50,007 nt of DNA from Octopus bimaculoides (lineage: Eukaryota): positions 6,982,914 through 7,032,920 of the forward strand of contig NC_069008.1 of the NCBI RefSeq assembly GCF_001194135.2. Reading direction: 5' to 3'. Below the pieces are notes generated by a model that was not told where the DNA came from, did not search any database, and saw only the letters and a list, made by a program, of their open reading frames with translations. This document shows, in pieces, positions 47,760-50,007 of this stretch (position 1 is its first letter; every line of letters starts with the position of its first letter). Both the position numbers and the translations under genes were made by a program.

Positions 47760-48200
47760 CACTACACCAATTACCAGAACCGTGTCCATTAGAGTGCCAC
47801 ACAAAGTTTCCACTCGTCACCACATCGACCGTCGCCAACCTGTCCTCCACCACAATGCCACAGCCTCCACCCAAAGCAACAAACCTATTCCTAAACAATT
47901 ACCACTATACAACGACTACTACCACCGCAACAATAACTACTGTACTAACACCAGAGAAATTTCCCTCTACCACAACTAACAAGCCATCATCATTACCTCC
48001 ATTACCCCAACTGGTTAGCACTACACCATCGACTTCCTCTGGCACCACTACAACAACAATGCCACCACCACAAGAATCACCAGAATTGCACCACCTTCAC
48101 CGCTCCCAGAAGTATGCTGCTACAACCACATTCACGTGCAGTTCAGCAACACCGCCACCACTGCCGCCATCGGGCATACCACACCACCTCCACAACATTA
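47760..48200. repeat. Degenerate (CAC/CAA)n low-complexity tract
   Basis: Seen directly. Confidence 0.75.
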
Positions 48201-48524
48201 ACGCAGGAATCAATTTTCATGGTATGACATATAATAAAAAGGAACACAGGCGGGAAAATCTCGACATAGCATGTCAGAATCGTGTTTGTGTGTGTGCGTG
48301 TGTGTGTGTGTGTGTGTATGGGTGTGCGCGTTTTAGAGAGAGAGCGAGAGTGTATGTGTATGCGTGTGTGTATGTACGAGTGAGCATTTGTGTGTGTACG
48401 TGTGAAATTCTTAGAAATAGAATTTAGCTACGTATAGTTAACAATCAGATGTGCAAACACCTTTCTGGATGTGCTTTTATGCACATATGTATATATGTAT
48501 GTATGCATGTATGTCATATATGAG

Positions 48525-48561
<37 letters not shown>

Positions 48562-49635
48562 ATATATATATATATATACATGCACACATATACATGTAAG
48601 TGTGCATATAACATAAATGCATATATACACGAATATAAACACACAACACACAAATATATTGGTGATATACGCATACATGATGCCACCCATCGACACATAC
48701 GCATCTAAGCATAACTAGAAAGATGTTTGTATACGTGTGAGCGGGCGTATATAAAAGGGTCTGATATACATACATACATACATACATACATATAATATAT
48801 GCATATATATATATAATATATATAATACACACACACACACACACACACNNNNNNNNNNNNNNNNNNNNNNNNNNNNNNNNNNNNNNNNNNNNNNNNNNNN
48901 NNNNNNNNNNNNNNNNNNNNNNNNNNNNNNNNNNNNNNNNNNNNNNNNNNNNNNNNNNNNNNNNNNNNNNNNNNNNNNNNNNNNNNNNNNNNNNNNNNNN
49001 NNNNNNNNNNNNNNNNNNNNNNNNNNNNNNNNNNNNNNNNNNNNNNNNNNNNNNNNNNNNNNNNNNNNNNNNNNNNNNNNNNNNNNNNNNNNNNNNNNNN
49101 NNNNNNNNNNNNNNNNNNNNNNNNNNNNNNNNNNNNNNNNNNNNNNNNNNNNNNNNNNNNNNNNNNNNNNNNNNNNNNNNNNNNNNNNNNNNNNNNNNNN
49201 NNNNNNNNNNNNNNNNNNNNNNNNNNNNNNNNNNNNNNNNNNNNNNNNNNNNNNNNNNNNNNNNNNNNNNNNNNNNNNNNNNNNNNNNNNNNNNNNNNNN
49301 NNNNNNNNNNNNNNNNNNNNNNNNATATACCCACACACAGCTAAGCACATGAATGCAGTACAAGATGGAAAAGAATAGTACTCGAATACCAAAGGTAGAG
49401 TTTTCATTACAACTGTCCGATAAACGGGAACGTGAGACACTGAGTAACAGTTTTATGAACATTTTTCAGCTATAATAAAAGTGTGTGTGTAGTTTTATAC
49501 TCATATAAACTCCGGCCTTAAGGGTCTGACGAGATGTGTGTAAAGCTAGGCGCTTTATGGGCGAAACCTGGGTAACCCTATAAACTGGCCATAGATAACA
49601 TTTCCTGTCTATGTGTGTGTGCGTGTGTGTGTTTG

Positions 49636-49854
49636 TTATTTATTTACTACCCACAAGGGGCTACACGCAGAGGGGACAAACAAGGACAGACAAACGGATT
49701 AAATCGATTATATCGACCCCAGTGCGTAACTGGTACTTATTTAATCGACCCCGAAAGGATGAAAGGCAAAGTCGACCTCGGCGGAATTTGAACTCAGAAC
49801 GTAGCGGGCAGACGAAATACCGTTAAGCATTTCGCCCGGTGTGCTAACGGTTCT
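49636..49854 (-). mobile_element. SINE-C, near full length, young
   Basis: Near-identical to 29143-29374. Confidence 0.92.
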
Positions 49855-50007
49855 GTGTGTGATATCAATGTTTGTATAAGTGATTTTGTCTGCCCGTTTA
49901 GCCTAGAAAAACTCTGAAACGGTGGTGCATCCTGTAGAAAAACCAATTTAGTTTTCGAAATCTTATTCCCAAAGCAAAGGTCGTCCATAAATATTAGTAA
50001 CGAAAAT

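Noticed and set aside
47717-48427. 236-aa Thr/Pro-rich ORF as a mucin-like gene
   Set aside because: Derived from decayed CAC/CAA and GT repeats; no signal peptide or splice evidence.

Overview
AT-rich, microsatellite-dense eukaryotic DNA from a draft assembly with 15 N-gaps (about 6.8 kb). The repeat families look molluscan or cephalopod (octopus-like); this is an inference from repeat style. I found no supportable host exon, rRNA or tRNA gene, so the window is probably intergenic or a very large intron. It is mostly retroelement debris: (i) a decayed L1/Tx1-type LINE (10.4-14.0 kb); (ii) CR1-type LINE copies (21-22.3, 38.8 and 40.9-43.1 kb); (iii) 3' ends of two restriction-like-endonuclease (R4/Dong-type) retrotransposons, one embedded in (TAA)n and one in (TACA)n; (iv) several Penelope-like element (PLE) remnants with hammerhead-ribozyme motifs and inverted repeats; (v) at least three tRNA-derived SINE groups, here called A, B and C, with modular heads, cores and tails; (vi) DNA-transposon remnants (hAT MITE with TIR and TSD, Tigger-like, Tc1/mariner fragment, Helentron-type HINE). 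The most notable observations are a CR1 LINE and SINE-A sharing a 3' tail whose stem-loop is kept by compensatory changes, a candidate (TACA)n-targeting retrotransposon, an intact-looking type I hammerhead ribozyme at 23788-23845, and several long near-perfect palindromes. Family names come from motif recognition, not database searches.
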